Made by a program: the position numbers and the translations under genes. Below the pieces are notes generated by a model. The model ran no database searches. It was not told where the DNA came from and saw nothing but the letters and a program-made list of their open reading frames with translations. A stretch of DNA of 35,562 nt from an uncultured archaeon (GTDB lineage: Archaea > Aenigmatarchaeota > Aenigmatarchaeia > CG10238-14 > SCSR01): NCBI GenBank assembly GCA_964581305.1, contig CAZONC010000004.1, forward strand, positions 1,848 to 37,409, read 5' to 3'. Position 1 is the first letter of the stretch, and the number at the start of each line of letters is the position of its first letter. Positions 8,581-18,159 of this stretch are shown piece by piece.

Positions 8581-10287
8581 TTATTTTAACTCCTCTTTTT
8601 TAAATTTTTCAGGCGGAATGCCTTTTTCGATCGCAGCCCGACTAATTACTCCATATTCCTCCTCCGGCACAGCAAGTAATCCTTTAAGCGGATCTCTTGC
8701 ATGTTCCCTTATAATTGCGAGTTGCCGTTCTTCCGATGCAATTTCGCCTATAGAAATTCCAAAGAACGATGGTGGCAATTTTTCTGGGGGCACATCTTTT
8801 TCCAGATGTTCTGCCATAATTTTTAATGCAGTTATACTATTTTTAAATGGATCATCACCACCTCCACGCTCAAAAATTAAATAGACCGTGTGATATTTTC
8901 CTAGTCCCGTTTTTCTCAGCATCCATAGAAGCTTATAAATTGTTATATCACCGATTTCGATTGGTCTGTGTGAATGTAATGGGCTTGGATAATTAGCATG
9001 TATAGATAATATGTATTTGCCTGTATCTGAAAATTTTTCAGTAAACTCGCGAACTTCTTCTAGCGGATCTACACCATGCGTTGCCAAATGTTCCCAATCC
9101 ATAAGCATAAAAATTTTATTACTAAATTCTTCCAAACCAATTTCTTTTAACCTTTCTGATAAATTTTTAACAACGACGTATATCTGTTTAGGTCTCCACA
9201 AAGGATAAAGTCCAGCTTGCGAGGGACTCCTCGCATCAGGTATTTCAATTGTGATTTTCAAATTTTTGGCAAAATTTTTAAGTTGTTCTTTATCTTCCTT
9301 TTCCACAATTTTCATTTCTTCAATCTCTTTTGGTAACTTATTTTTTATAAATTCAAATGCGCTTATAATATGACCCTCTAAAAACTTAGCTGCAACAACC
9401 GAATAAAAAAATTCTTTAAACATTTTTTCAAATTTTCCACCTTTAACTTTTGCTTCTTCAAATTTTTCTTCAATCCACGTTTTTGTTCCATTTTTCCCAT
9501 CCTTTGTGTAATCAACATCACCAATTTCACTTGAATATAATTCAGAAATCTTAACCCATAGCGCATCTTTTTTAAAAAAGAGCCAGTGTGCCAATATTTT
9601 GTAAGCTTCAACCTCGTTGCCGTATTCCTCTATTCTCCAAGGACGACCTTCATATAAAGCCTTTTCTATCTCTTTTTTTATTAATTTTTCTATTTCTTTG
9701 CTGATTTCTTCTGCAGATTTTCCACTTTCTCTTAATTTGTATGCCATTTCATTAATTTCTCGAATGGCCGTTTCGTCAAGAATAACTGAATCATAATCTT
9801 GCCAAAATCTATCAACAAACCATTTTCTCAATTTCGTATTTGCCTCATCATCACCTTTCATAAGTGTTGATATAAAATTACCATAGAATTCAACCATTGC
9901 AATTCTAAGTTTAGTTTCGGCATATGTAAAAAGTTCTGGCCAAGGATAAAGGCATGCATGGAAATTAACATATTTCATCCCACCAAAAACAGCAGATCGA
10001 ATTGATTTTTCTATATGTTCTTGTGCCTCCCTCCACGTCTCTCTATCAGCTGATTCCATTCTTACAGTCAAACTACCGTGAAAAAACAATTCTAAACCTT
10101 GTTTTTCAGCTATGTATCTTATTTCTTTTCCTTCAGTGTAATTAATCTCATGTGGCACATCGCCTGCAATTTCTATAACATCTGTTCCTCTTGTAAGTGC
10201 ATAGGCTACTTTTTTTACTGCAGAGGCCAACTGCACATCTCCTCCAATTGAATACAACCCAGTTGTAGTTCCAACTTTAAACCCCAT
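8581..10287 (-). CDS. AP-endonuclease-2/xylose-isomerase-like TIM-barrel metalloenzyme with large helical insertion
   Basis: Ordered putative metal ligands FFHG, NFHA, IEIP, DWEH, IHAN, HSH, FER. Confidence 0.7.
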   Translation of the reverse strand: MGFKVGTTTGLYSIGGDVQLASAVKKVAYALTRGTDVIEIAGDVPHEINYTEGKEIRYIAEKQGLELFFHGSLTVRMESADRETWREAQEHIEKSIRSAVFGGMKYVNFHACLYPWPELFTYAETKLRIAMVEFYGNFISTLMKGDDEANTKLRKWFVDRFWQDYDSVILDETAIREINEMAYKLRESGKSAEEISKEIEKLIKKEIEKALYEGRPWRIEEYGNEVEAYKILAHWLFFKKDALWVKISELYSSEIGDVDYTKDGKNGTKTWIEEKFEEAKVKGGKFEKMFKEFFYSVVAAKFLEGHIISAFEFIKNKLPKEIEEMKIVEKEDKEQLKNFAKNLKITIEIPDARSPSQAGLYPLWRPKQIYVVVKNLSERLKEIGLEEFSNKIFMLMDWEHLATHGVDPLEEVREFTEKFSDTGKYILSIHANYPSPLHSHRPIEIGDITIYKLLWMLRKTGLGKYHTVYLIFERGGGDDPFKNSITALKIMAEHLEKDVPPEKLPPSFFGISIGEIASEERQLAIIREHARDPLKGLLAVPEEEYGVISRAAIEKGIPPEKFKKEELK

Positions 10288-10291
10288 CTTA

Positions 10292-11980
10292 TCACGGAAA
10301 TTCAAAACTTTTTAGGAAAAATTCTTTAATTGTAGAAAACCATGTGGAAACTTCGGCAAGATAATATTTTGCTAATCTATGTTGAATTGCAAATTCATAA
10401 GGTCCTTCTGCACGTAGAAAACCCACTTCCATTCCAAGTGTTTCAAAAAACTTTCCAAGAGCTATTCGAATTTTTTTTATCACATTCATCAAACCACTTT
10501 CTTTAACTTCTGTTTTTCTCTCACCAACTTCTTTTTTATAAATTTCTGGATATTCCTCCTCAACAATTTCTGTAATTTTTTTACCTTCGGCGCCATATTC
10601 ACCAAGCAATGTGTTAATATATAGATCAAATTGTTTATCTCTTGCCACAATTTCGAGACAGCGTGAAATTATTATATTTTGTGAAGCAGTGTAAACTTTT
10701 AGATTCTCAATGCTTAGACCCTCCATTTCTGTTCCATCAGGAAATCGTATAACAGATCTCTTCATCGGAATTTCAACAAAAATATAATATGGGCTAAAAA
10801 GCCATGTCGGCATTGTTTCTGTTCCTTTGTATGCTGCTTTAAATTGCGTTACAAGCATTTCTCTTGCTTTGTATAAATCTTTTGTAGTAATTTTTACTTT
10901 ATACTCATCTTCTATTTTTTTAATCATTTTGCGTACAAGAGTATCGATAGAAGGTTCAAGTGGTAGCGCATCTACCTTTTCATCCCACTTCTCACCTTCT
11001 TTATCCAATTCTTTATGTAAATCATCAATTTCACTCCTTGTAAAACCAGCCTTTAGCGCGTGAATACGATCAAGCGGCTTCTCTCTTGTTATTTTCCATT
11101 TTTCTGCTGGTGCAAAGGGACGCCATGCCCAAATGCGCATTGAGTCTAAAGCAAAGGCCTGTGCATCAGGTCTTAAAACGGATTTTAACAATGGCGATGG
11201 TTTTGATAGAGCATCTTCAATCATTTTAAATCTTGCAATTACCGGTCTTAGCATGTTTTTGTATTCTTCCACAGATTTCTTTCTTGCTTCTTTGAGAGAT
11301 GTTAAAGTTTTATATCTCTCTTCGACTGTTGGTCGAAAAAGTCTATCTCTCCATTCAAGATATAATTTATTTTTCGTTGCAAGCACCACGCCTTCGGCTT
11401 CAGAAACTTTTAGCTTTTCTTTAATTTTTTTCGGATCTATATCTTCATCCGACAGTTGCATAAAGTCAGCAATTATGGTTGGCCATCTTGATGTAATAAG
11501 TTTTAGCGCAATACCTTCACCAGTATGAACATCTACCTGATCAATAAAGATTGACCTAAGAGTTTGATCACCTTTTTTTATCAATTCCAAATTACCTTCT
11601 TTTTTTCCTTTTTCGATTAACAAATAATAATCCATGTATTCTTTATATTTTCGCCAATCATGCATTATCAATTCCAAATCAGAAATTGCAGTTGAAATAC
11701 TTGCTAACCCAGTTTTAATTTGTCCTTGTAGGGTATCTTTTTGCGAAATTACCAAATCATAATATGGTTTAAGAATTGGTGAGACAAAAATTTCTTCTTC
11801 AATTTTATACGTTTGAAAACCCCATTTTGGAAGTTGAAATGCAATTGCATAGTATACTTTTGTACATTTTCCCATTGGTGCTGCAAAGTCCAGATAAACC
11901 TCTGCTGGTTTTGGACTTATATTTACTCCTTCTCCTGGTTTTAATTCTTCTGGTGGACCTTCTGGATATTTAACTACCAT
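10292..11980 (-). CDS. Large hypothetical protein, helical/coiled-coil (562 aa)
   Basis: Long ORF with native composition in an operon; no recognised motif. Confidence 0.75.
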   Translation of the reverse strand: MVVKYPEGPPEELKPGEGVNISPKPAEVYLDFAAPMGKCTKVYYAIAFQLPKWGFQTYKIEEEIFVSPILKPYYDLVISQKDTLQGQIKTGLASISTAISDLELIMHDWRKYKEYMDYYLLIEKGKKEGNLELIKKGDQTLRSIFIDQVDVHTGEGIALKLITSRWPTIIADFMQLSDEDIDPKKIKEKLKVSEAEGVVLATKNKLYLEWRDRLFRPTVEERYKTLTSLKEARKKSVEEYKNMLRPVIARFKMIEDALSKPSPLLKSVLRPDAQAFALDSMRIWAWRPFAPAEKWKITREKPLDRIHALKAGFTRSEIDDLHKELDKEGEKWDEKVDALPLEPSIDTLVRKMIKKIEDEYKVKITTKDLYKAREMLVTQFKAAYKGTETMPTWLFSPYYIFVEIPMKRSVIRFPDGTEMEGLSIENLKVYTASQNIIISRCLEIVARDKQFDLYINTLLGEYGAEGKKITEIVEEEYPEIYKKEVGERKTEVKESGLMNVIKKIRIALGKFFETLGMEVGFLRAEGPYEFAIQHRLAKYYLAEVSTWFSTIKEFFLKSFEFP

Positions 11981-12006
11981 ATTTTAAAAATTATGTTTTA
12001 CTTATC

Positions 12007-12168
12007 TTAAGTTTTCATTAAATACAATCCAATCATGATTAAAAGAAGACCAAGCAAAATTCCTGCATTACCAAGTTTTTCAGTTTGATAATCACTTATC
12101 CATGGAAATTTAATTATAATTAGCAGTCCAAATATAAAGCTTACAACACCAACTATCTTTTTGATCAT
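12007..12168 (-). CDS. Two-TM membrane microprotein (53 aa, not in ORF track)
   Basis: MIKKIVGVVSFIFGLLIIIKFPWISDYQTEKLGNAGILLGLLLIMIGLYLMKT; fills the gap at the head of the operon. Confidence 0.75.
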   Translation of the reverse strand: MIKKIVGVVSFIFGLLIIIKFPWISDYQTEKLGNAGILLGLLLIMIGLYLMKT

Positions 12169-12220
12169 ACTATTATTTTGGAAATAATATCTTTTTAACT
12201 TATACGACTAAATTATTTTT

Positions 12221-12763
12221 ATGCCAGTATTTGCAAGAACCAAGCTTGTAATTCATGAAGATTGCTTAGCTCCAGCTCCGGGTTCACCATTGCCAGGAAG
12301 AGAAATTATTACACTTAATTATACAGGTCCGAATCCGCAAAATATATATCCAGAAATAAAAAAGCTCTTTACCACAATTTTTAAAGTTGAGGAAAAGGAT
12401 GTGATAGAGCGCGAGGTGTTTTGGAATCCTGACGGAAGCTTTAAAGTAGCTTTTGAGGTAGTAAAAGATTTGGATAAATTTAGTTTTATGCAATTTAACA
12501 TCGACCTAGATGGTGTAGCAAAACCAAGTAGAGAATTTGGAAAAGAAGGAAGTGTAAAGATAAAAATCGAAGCACTTCTTAGAACAGAGTATCCACAGGA
12601 TACAATTTGGCAAAGAAGTTTATTTTATGAAATCTTTCGTGTTTTTTATCATAAAATTGTTTATGATAAAATAAGAGCAAAATATAAAGAACAATGTGCC
12701 CAATTAGCAAAAAATTTTCAAGAAGCACTTAAATCCTTTTTTAACGTTTTGAGGACAAGATAA
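12221..12763 (+). CDS. Hypothetical protein, paralog A
   Basis: Colinear similarity to next ORF (EDCLAP, GxNP, FY...Y helix). Confidence 0.8.
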   Translation: MPVFARTKLVIHEDCLAPAPGSPLPGREIITLNYTGPNPQNIYPEIKKLFTTIFKVEEKDVIEREVFWNPDGSFKVAFEVVKDLDKFSFMQFNIDLDGVAKPSREFGKEGSVKIKIEALLRTEYPQDTIWQRSLFYEIFRVFYHKIVYDKIRAKYKEQCAQLAKNFQEALKSFFNVLRTR

Positions 12764-12765
12764 TT

Positions 12766-13266
12766 ATGGCTGAAAAATGGGTTTTGGAGGACGATTGTTT
12801 AGCACCGAGGGCACAAATAAAAATCGAATTTGAAGGAAAAAATCCTATCGAACTATATAAAAAAACTTCTGATATTTTGAAAAAGGTATGGGAAGTTGGC
12901 GGAACCGATCTTTGGGAACGCGATGTTCGTTGGGATATGATGTCTGGCGATTTTTATCGGCGAATTTATATTAACAAAGGACTCGATTCGCATAGCAAAA
13001 TTTTTGCAGAAATAATAATGGAGGGCCAACAACCAAAAGATCCAACAAAAAATGGTAAAATAACAATTTATATAAGTGCAAAATTACTAAGTGAGTTTGA
13101 GCTTAAGTCTGCTTTGCAAAAAAATCCATTATACAAAGGATTACTTTGGCTTTACAATAGAATTTTCTACAAAGATGTTCGTGCAGGCTATCTTAAAATT
13201 TGTCAGGATCTCCTTAATAAAGTCGACATGGAATTTAGATCTATTTTAAGTATACCAACAACATAA
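12766..13266 (+). CDS. Hypothetical protein, paralog B
   Basis: DDCLAP, GKNP, YNRIFY; 2-nt gap from paralog A. Confidence 0.8.
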   Translation: MAEKWVLEDDCLAPRAQIKIEFEGKNPIELYKKTSDILKKVWEVGGTDLWERDVRWDMMSGDFYRRIYINKGLDSHSKIFAEIIMEGQQPKDPTKNGKITIYISAKLLSEFELKSALQKNPLYKGLLWLYNRIFYKDVRAGYLKICQDLLNKVDMEFRSILSIPTT

Positions 13267-13274
13267 AGATTTTT

Positions 13275-13511
13275 ATGGCATTCTTAACAAAATTTTTTAG
13301 AAAAAAAGAAAGCGAAATAGAAATACCAAAGTTGGAAGAAAAAATAGAAGTGCCTAAAATTGAAGAAAAAACTATGGAAACTCTGAAAGCAAAAATGGAT
13401 CTGATTCTTGCTCAATTAGATTCTTTAGCAACACAGTATCAAGTTTTAAATGAAAAAATTAATCTAATCGAGAAAATGCTTAAAGAACTATATAGTATGG
13501 CAAAAAGCTAA
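13275..13511 (+). CDS. Small coiled-coil protein with N-terminal amphipathic helix
   Basis: MAFLTKFFRKK, IE(I/V)PK(L/I)EEK repeated twice, heptad-like C-terminus. Confidence 0.7.
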   Translation: MAFLTKFFRKKESEIEIPKLEEKIEVPKIEEKTMETLKAKMDLILAQLDSLATQYQVLNEKINLIEKMLKELYSMAKS

Positions 13512-13610
13512 TTTTTTTTAGTTGCATTTAAAAAATTTTAAAAAAAAATATTTGTTTTAAGTATATTTTGTTAAAAAGTAAAGCTTAAATATTTTTATAA
13601 CATAAAATTT

Positions 13611-14159
13611 ATGGTTATGAAAGATAAAAAACTTTTTAGCGATTCGACCAGAATAATAATTTCTGAATTAGTGAAAGATGGACGAATTAAGTATACAGAA
13701 ATTGGAAAGAAGCTAGGCATTACACCAGCAGCTGCTAAAGAACGCGTTGAAAGACTTATAAATAGAAAAATTATAAAAATTTCTGCTTTACTCAATACAT
13801 CTGAAATATTTCCACTTGTTTTTAACATAGGTATTGAGGCCGATCCGGAAGCGGTCGATTTATTAATTAAAAAATTGAAAAACTGTCCATTAGTTTTCTA
13901 TATGGCAAAAACCTCTGGAAACCACAATCTTATACTAACAATAGTATCAAAAGATATGCACCAGGCTGATGATTTTCTTAACAAACAAATTAGATCTGAA
14001 CCAGGAATTCGACATGTTGAAATTAACATAGGTAATAATACTGTTGTTCCAGAATTTATGCAACTTCAACTAACTTTAAATACTGAAAAAAATACCGCTG
14101 CATGTGGTGTTAAAAAAGATCAACCAGATGTATGTTTTGGTTGTCCATGTTTTGATTGA
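13611..14159 (+). CDS. Lrp/AsnC family regulator with Cys-rich tail
   Basis: DGRIKYTEIGKKLGIT HTH, TSGNHNL RAM domain, CG...CFGCPC. Confidence 0.9.
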   Translation: MVMKDKKLFSDSTRIIISELVKDGRIKYTEIGKKLGITPAAAKERVERLINRKIIKISALLNTSEIFPLVFNIGIEADPEAVDLLIKKLKNCPLVFYMAKTSGNHNLILTIVSKDMHQADDFLNKQIRSEPGIRHVEINIGNNTVVPEFMQLQLTLNTEKNTAACGVKKDQPDVCFGCPCFD

Positions 14160-14169
14160 GGGAGAATAA

Positions 14170-14655
14170 ATGACAAATGAATTAGAAAAACTTCGTGAAA
14201 TAATTAATGCAATATCACCAAATAAAAAAGCAATATTGGCAAGTGAAACTTTGGGTAATATAATGTTTGTTTTAGCAAAACATTTTACAAAGATAGCTGG
14301 CTATTCTGTGGCATCCACAGTTTTACAACGAGAAATAAGAGAAATAGGTAAAAAGGATGCAAAAACTCTAGCTAAAATTTTAAATATAAAGGAAGTAACG
14401 TTGCAAAATGCTAGCAAATTATTAAGGGCAGCAGCATTTATTTTTGGTCTTGAGCTTAGTCCAAAGGGCGAACATTCTATTGTTACAGATTGTCCGTTTT
14501 CACGTGTTCAAGGGCAACCACTTATTTGTAAAATTTGCCTTGAATATAATAAAGGCATTTTGGAAGGTTTTGCTGGTGACCGATTTAAGTTCACTCAAAT
14601 AAAGAGCTTAGGTAAAGGTGATGAGTATTGTGAATTTGAAACTACTGAAAAGTGA
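14170..14655 (+). CDS. V4R/methanogen-output-domain-like ligand-binding protein
   Basis: DCPF...ICKIC...GILEG...GDEYCEF. Confidence 0.7.
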   Translation: MTNELEKLREIINAISPNKKAILASETLGNIMFVLAKHFTKIAGYSVASTVLQREIREIGKKDAKTLAKILNIKEVTLQNASKLLRAAAFIFGLELSPKGEHSIVTDCPFSRVQGQPLICKICLEYNKGILEGFAGDRFKFTQIKSLGKGDEYCEFETTEK

Positions 14656-14696
14656 AGATTTAAAAATCTTTACATCCATAAAATAATAGGTATAGT

Positions 14697-15743
14697 ATGG
14701 TATTTGAACTATACGATGAAGCTGGTTTGGCTAAGTTTTTATCAAAGGTTGATGAACTATTGAAAGATTATTTGACTGAGAAGAATTTTTATCCATCTAC
14801 TTCTGAACCGCGCGATCTTTACGAGTATGCAAGAAAAAGAGTTTTGGGACCAGGAAAAAAATTTAGGCCAGCCCTTGCATTAGCTACATGCAAAGTATTT
14901 AGTGAAGGAGAAATGCAAAAGGCATTGCCGTGGGCAGCTGCCATTGAAACTGATCACGCTGGGCTATTAGATATAGACGATTATATTGACTCTTCAAAAC
15001 TAAGGAGAGGGGAAGAAGCAACTTGGATAAAAATAGGTTATGAGAAAGCACTTGTTGTAGGGTTAATGAATTGTGCAGCTATACCTTGGGCATGTATTTA
15101 TGATGGTATTGTTAATTTTGGATGGACTCAAGAAACTTCAAACTATCTTTTACAGCTGTTTTACACAATGCAAAAAGAAACGGCAGAAGGTGAATTTTTG
15201 GATATAATGTACAGAAAATCAAGAGATTTGACTAAGGAAAAACAGAAACTAATTTATCTTCGAAAAACCGGAGCATATACTCTTGCTGCACCAGCAGCAG
15301 GTGGAGCAAAAATAGGTGGTGCTGATAAAAAGACTGCTGACGATCTTTATGCGGCCCTAAAAATTAATATTGGTCCGGGCTTTCAAATGCGCGACGATAT
15401 AAGAAATGTTACGGAGAGAGATCTAACGAAATATGGTAAAGAATTTGGCGATGATTTAAATGAAGGAAAGCCAACATATCTTGTCGCACTTTTCAATGAA
15501 GAAGCATCTGAAGAAGATAAAGATAAATTTTATAAATTATTTGGACGGCTAAACCCACCCCTTAGTATGGAAGAAAGAAACGAACTTGTCGCTTTACTGG
15601 AAAAATATGATGTTATAAATAAGACAAAAGAAGAGTCAGAGGAAATGCTTAGGTATGGCATGGAAATAATTAAGTCAATATTGCCTCAAAATGAAAATAG
15701 TAAAGAATTCTGGAGTTTACTCCAATATGCAATAAAATGGTAA
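14697..15743 (+). CDS. Trans-polyprenyl diphosphate synthase (IdsA/GGPPS family)
   Basis: GKKFRP, DDYID...RRG, GEFLD, KTG, FQMRDD, DLNEGK. Confidence 0.9.
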   Translation: MVFELYDEAGLAKFLSKVDELLKDYLTEKNFYPSTSEPRDLYEYARKRVLGPGKKFRPALALATCKVFSEGEMQKALPWAAAIETDHAGLLDIDDYIDSSKLRRGEEATWIKIGYEKALVVGLMNCAAIPWACIYDGIVNFGWTQETSNYLLQLFYTMQKETAEGEFLDIMYRKSRDLTKEKQKLIYLRKTGAYTLAAPAAGGAKIGGADKKTADDLYAALKINIGPGFQMRDDIRNVTERDLTKYGKEFGDDLNEGKPTYLVALFNEEASEEDKDKFYKLFGRLNPPLSMEERNELVALLEKYDVINKTKEESEEMLRYGMEIIKSILPQNENSKEFWSLLQYAIKW

Positions 15744-15745
15744 AT

Positions 15746-17509
15746 TTATACATAGAAAAATTCTCCACTTTCTTTTTGCTCTCTATCAATTTTGCTATTA
15801 GGTTTGTTTGCTCTTGGCCGACCGGTTTGTGGATCCTTTCTAAACGTAATTCCTATTTCTTTTAAAAATTTGTTAAATGAATTTTTTAAAGTATCAATCT
15901 CAGCATAACCACTTTTACCCGGAATACCCAAAAATAACATTGCTCTTCTACCAATTTGACTTAGAAATAGCAAATCATGGTCTATTACAAGAACACTTTT
16001 TTCCTTTATTTCAGCTATCTTATTTATCATTTTACCTATTGCAATTCTTTGTTCTACATCTAAAAAGGCAGATGGTTCATCAAGCAAATAAAGATTTGCA
16101 TCACGCGATAGAGTCAAAGCAATAGCAACTCTTTGCAGCTCACCTCCAGATAGCTCCTGAACATTTTTTTCCAACAATTTTTCTAAACCGAGTGGTCTAA
16201 TAATTTCCGACTTATATTCATCATTTTCCACATCCGCTACTGTGCTTAGTAGTTGCCTCACCGTTCCTTTAAAATCTGTTTGTACATATTGTGGTTTATA
16301 TGAGATTTTTACTTTATTTTTGATTATACCGTAATCTGCTTTTATTTCACCAGCCAATATCTTTGCAAAAGTTGTTTTACCAAGTGCATTCGCACCAAGT
16401 ACAGCTAATACCTCTTTTTTCCTTATATCTCCGCTCCGAATTTCTAACTGAAATTTCTCAAATTTTTTCTTTATATTTTCAAAAAAAACTGCAATCTCTG
16501 GCGAGATGCTTTGCTCAGCCAAACTTGTAAAAAATGTTATCGGCTCCTGCCTTATTCGTACATTATCTTCCTTTATGAAACCGTCCAAAAATGTATTTAT
16601 GCCAGCTCTCACACTATATGGCTTTGATACAATACCATACACACCTGGGCAGCCATAAAAAATGTGTATACGATCTGCTAAAAAATCCAGTGTTGCAAGA
16701 TCGTGATCAACAACCATTACAGCCCTATTTTCACAATATTTTCTGATAATTTTCGCAACATTCAGTCGCTGAAAAACATCAAGAAAACTTGTCGGTTCGT
16801 CGAAAAAGAAAAAGTCGGCATCTTTAGCTAAACATGCAGCAATAGCAACTCTTTGCAGCTCACCGCCAGAGATCTCATCTATTTTTGAATCCATAACCGA
16901 TTGAAGATTAAGAAGTGATATAAGTTCGTTTAAGATTTTTCTTTCATCAACCTTCTCCAAAAGTTTAGAAACTTTTTCTCTATATAAAAATGGAATTTGA
17001 TCGACTCTTTGTGGTTTAACAGACGTTTTAATTTTTTTCTCGATTAACATTTCTAAATAGTTTTGAAGTTCTGTACCTCGAAATATTTTTATCAATTGTT
17101 CCGGTTCGGCCACCCCATCAAGCACTCCAAGATTTGGTTTTAACTCACCAGACAATATTTTAAGTGCTGTAGTTTTTCCCAGTCCATTCGAGCCTATAAT
17201 CCCTACAATTTCATTTTTTATAGGAAATGGCAATCTATAAAGTACAAACTGATTTGGACCAAATCTATGTATAGGATTTTCTTTAAGTTCCTCAGGAAGA
17301 TTTACAATTGAAATGGCCCCAAAACCAGCCTTTTCACATGATTTAACACATAATCCGCAGCCAATACACAGGCTTTCATTTATTTCTGGAAATTCATTTA
17401 CCTTTACACACTCTTTTCCAGCTCTATTTAGTGGACAAACTTTTGCACACAAATGTCCACATTTTTTACTTTTGCATAGATTTCTATCAATTACAGCAAT
17501 TCTTGGCAT
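15746..17509 (-). CDS. rli1: Ribosome recycling ATPase ABCE1/Rli1
   Basis: N-terminal FeS cysteines, two NBDs with SGGELQR, GRPRANK. Confidence 0.97.
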   Translation of the reverse strand: MPRIAVIDRNLCKSKKCGHLCAKVCPLNRAGKECVKVNEFPEINESLCIGCGLCVKSCEKAGFGAISIVNLPEELKENPIHRFGPNQFVLYRLPFPIKNEIVGIIGSNGLGKTTALKILSGELKPNLGVLDGVAEPEQLIKIFRGTELQNYLEMLIEKKIKTSVKPQRVDQIPFLYREKVSKLLEKVDERKILNELISLLNLQSVMDSKIDEISGGELQRVAIAACLAKDADFFFFDEPTSFLDVFQRLNVAKIIRKYCENRAVMVVDHDLATLDFLADRIHIFYGCPGVYGIVSKPYSVRAGINTFLDGFIKEDNVRIRQEPITFFTSLAEQSISPEIAVFFENIKKKFEKFQLEIRSGDIRKKEVLAVLGANALGKTTFAKILAGEIKADYGIIKNKVKISYKPQYVQTDFKGTVRQLLSTVADVENDEYKSEIIRPLGLEKLLEKNVQELSGGELQRVAIALTLSRDANLYLLDEPSAFLDVEQRIAIGKMINKIAEIKEKSVLVIDHDLLFLSQIGRRAMLFLGIPGKSGYAEIDTLKNSFNKFLKEIGITFRKDPQTGRPRANKPNSKIDREQKESGEFFYV

Positions 17510-17545
17510 AAATAATTTTATATATTCTACAATGTAATTTAAATT

Positions 17546-18118
17546 ATGAAAAAACTGTATGAAATTGTAATTAATCCCATTTCCGCTATAACAAAAGCTA
17601 AAAAAGAAAAAAATCTTTCATTCACATTTTTAGTATTAATTGTTGCATGGATCCTAATCGCAGCCGCAGTTACTTTTGTCTATAAGTTTGGTGGTCGGAC
17701 GACATTAACAGAACTTACATCTTTAGATATTTTAATTTCAATATTTGTTGGCGGGTTATTCGTATCGTTGCTTGGCGGAATGTTAGTAAAAATTGTAATG
17801 GTAATTTTAGGTGGAAAAGGAAAATATTTTGAAGGGCTGACATCGCTTGCATATAGTATTTTACCACTTTCTAAGGGATTTTTACTAGCAGCCATATTTT
17901 CTTTGCTATCAATTTATGGTATCATGCTATCTTTTATAGTTTTAATAATATTTTGTGCTATTTCTGTATCCGTATTTTTCAGATCTATTAAAGAGTTATT
18001 TGGAACAGATACGGTTACAACATGGGTTGGTGTTGGAATAATGTCATTTACAATAATTTTGACTTTTTCTATTATTAACTTCTGTTTTCCGTCTACTTTA
18101 TCACTTATAAGAGCATAG
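17546..18118 (+). CDS. Yip1-like membrane protein
   Basis: INP..., five hydrophobic segments, LGGKGKY...LAYS..P. Confidence 0.75.
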   Translation: MKKLYEIVINPISAITKAKKEKNLSFTFLVLIVAWILIAAAVTFVYKFGGRTTLTELTSLDILISIFVGGLFVSLLGGMLVKIVMVILGGKGKYFEGLTSLAYSILPLSKGFLLAAIFSLLSIYGIMLSFIVLIIFCAISVSVFFRSIKELFGTDTVTTWVGVGIMSFTIILTFSIINFCFPSTLSLIRA

Positions 18119-18159
18119 GATTTTTGCGATTTTTAAATTCTTAATTGGTAATTAATGAT

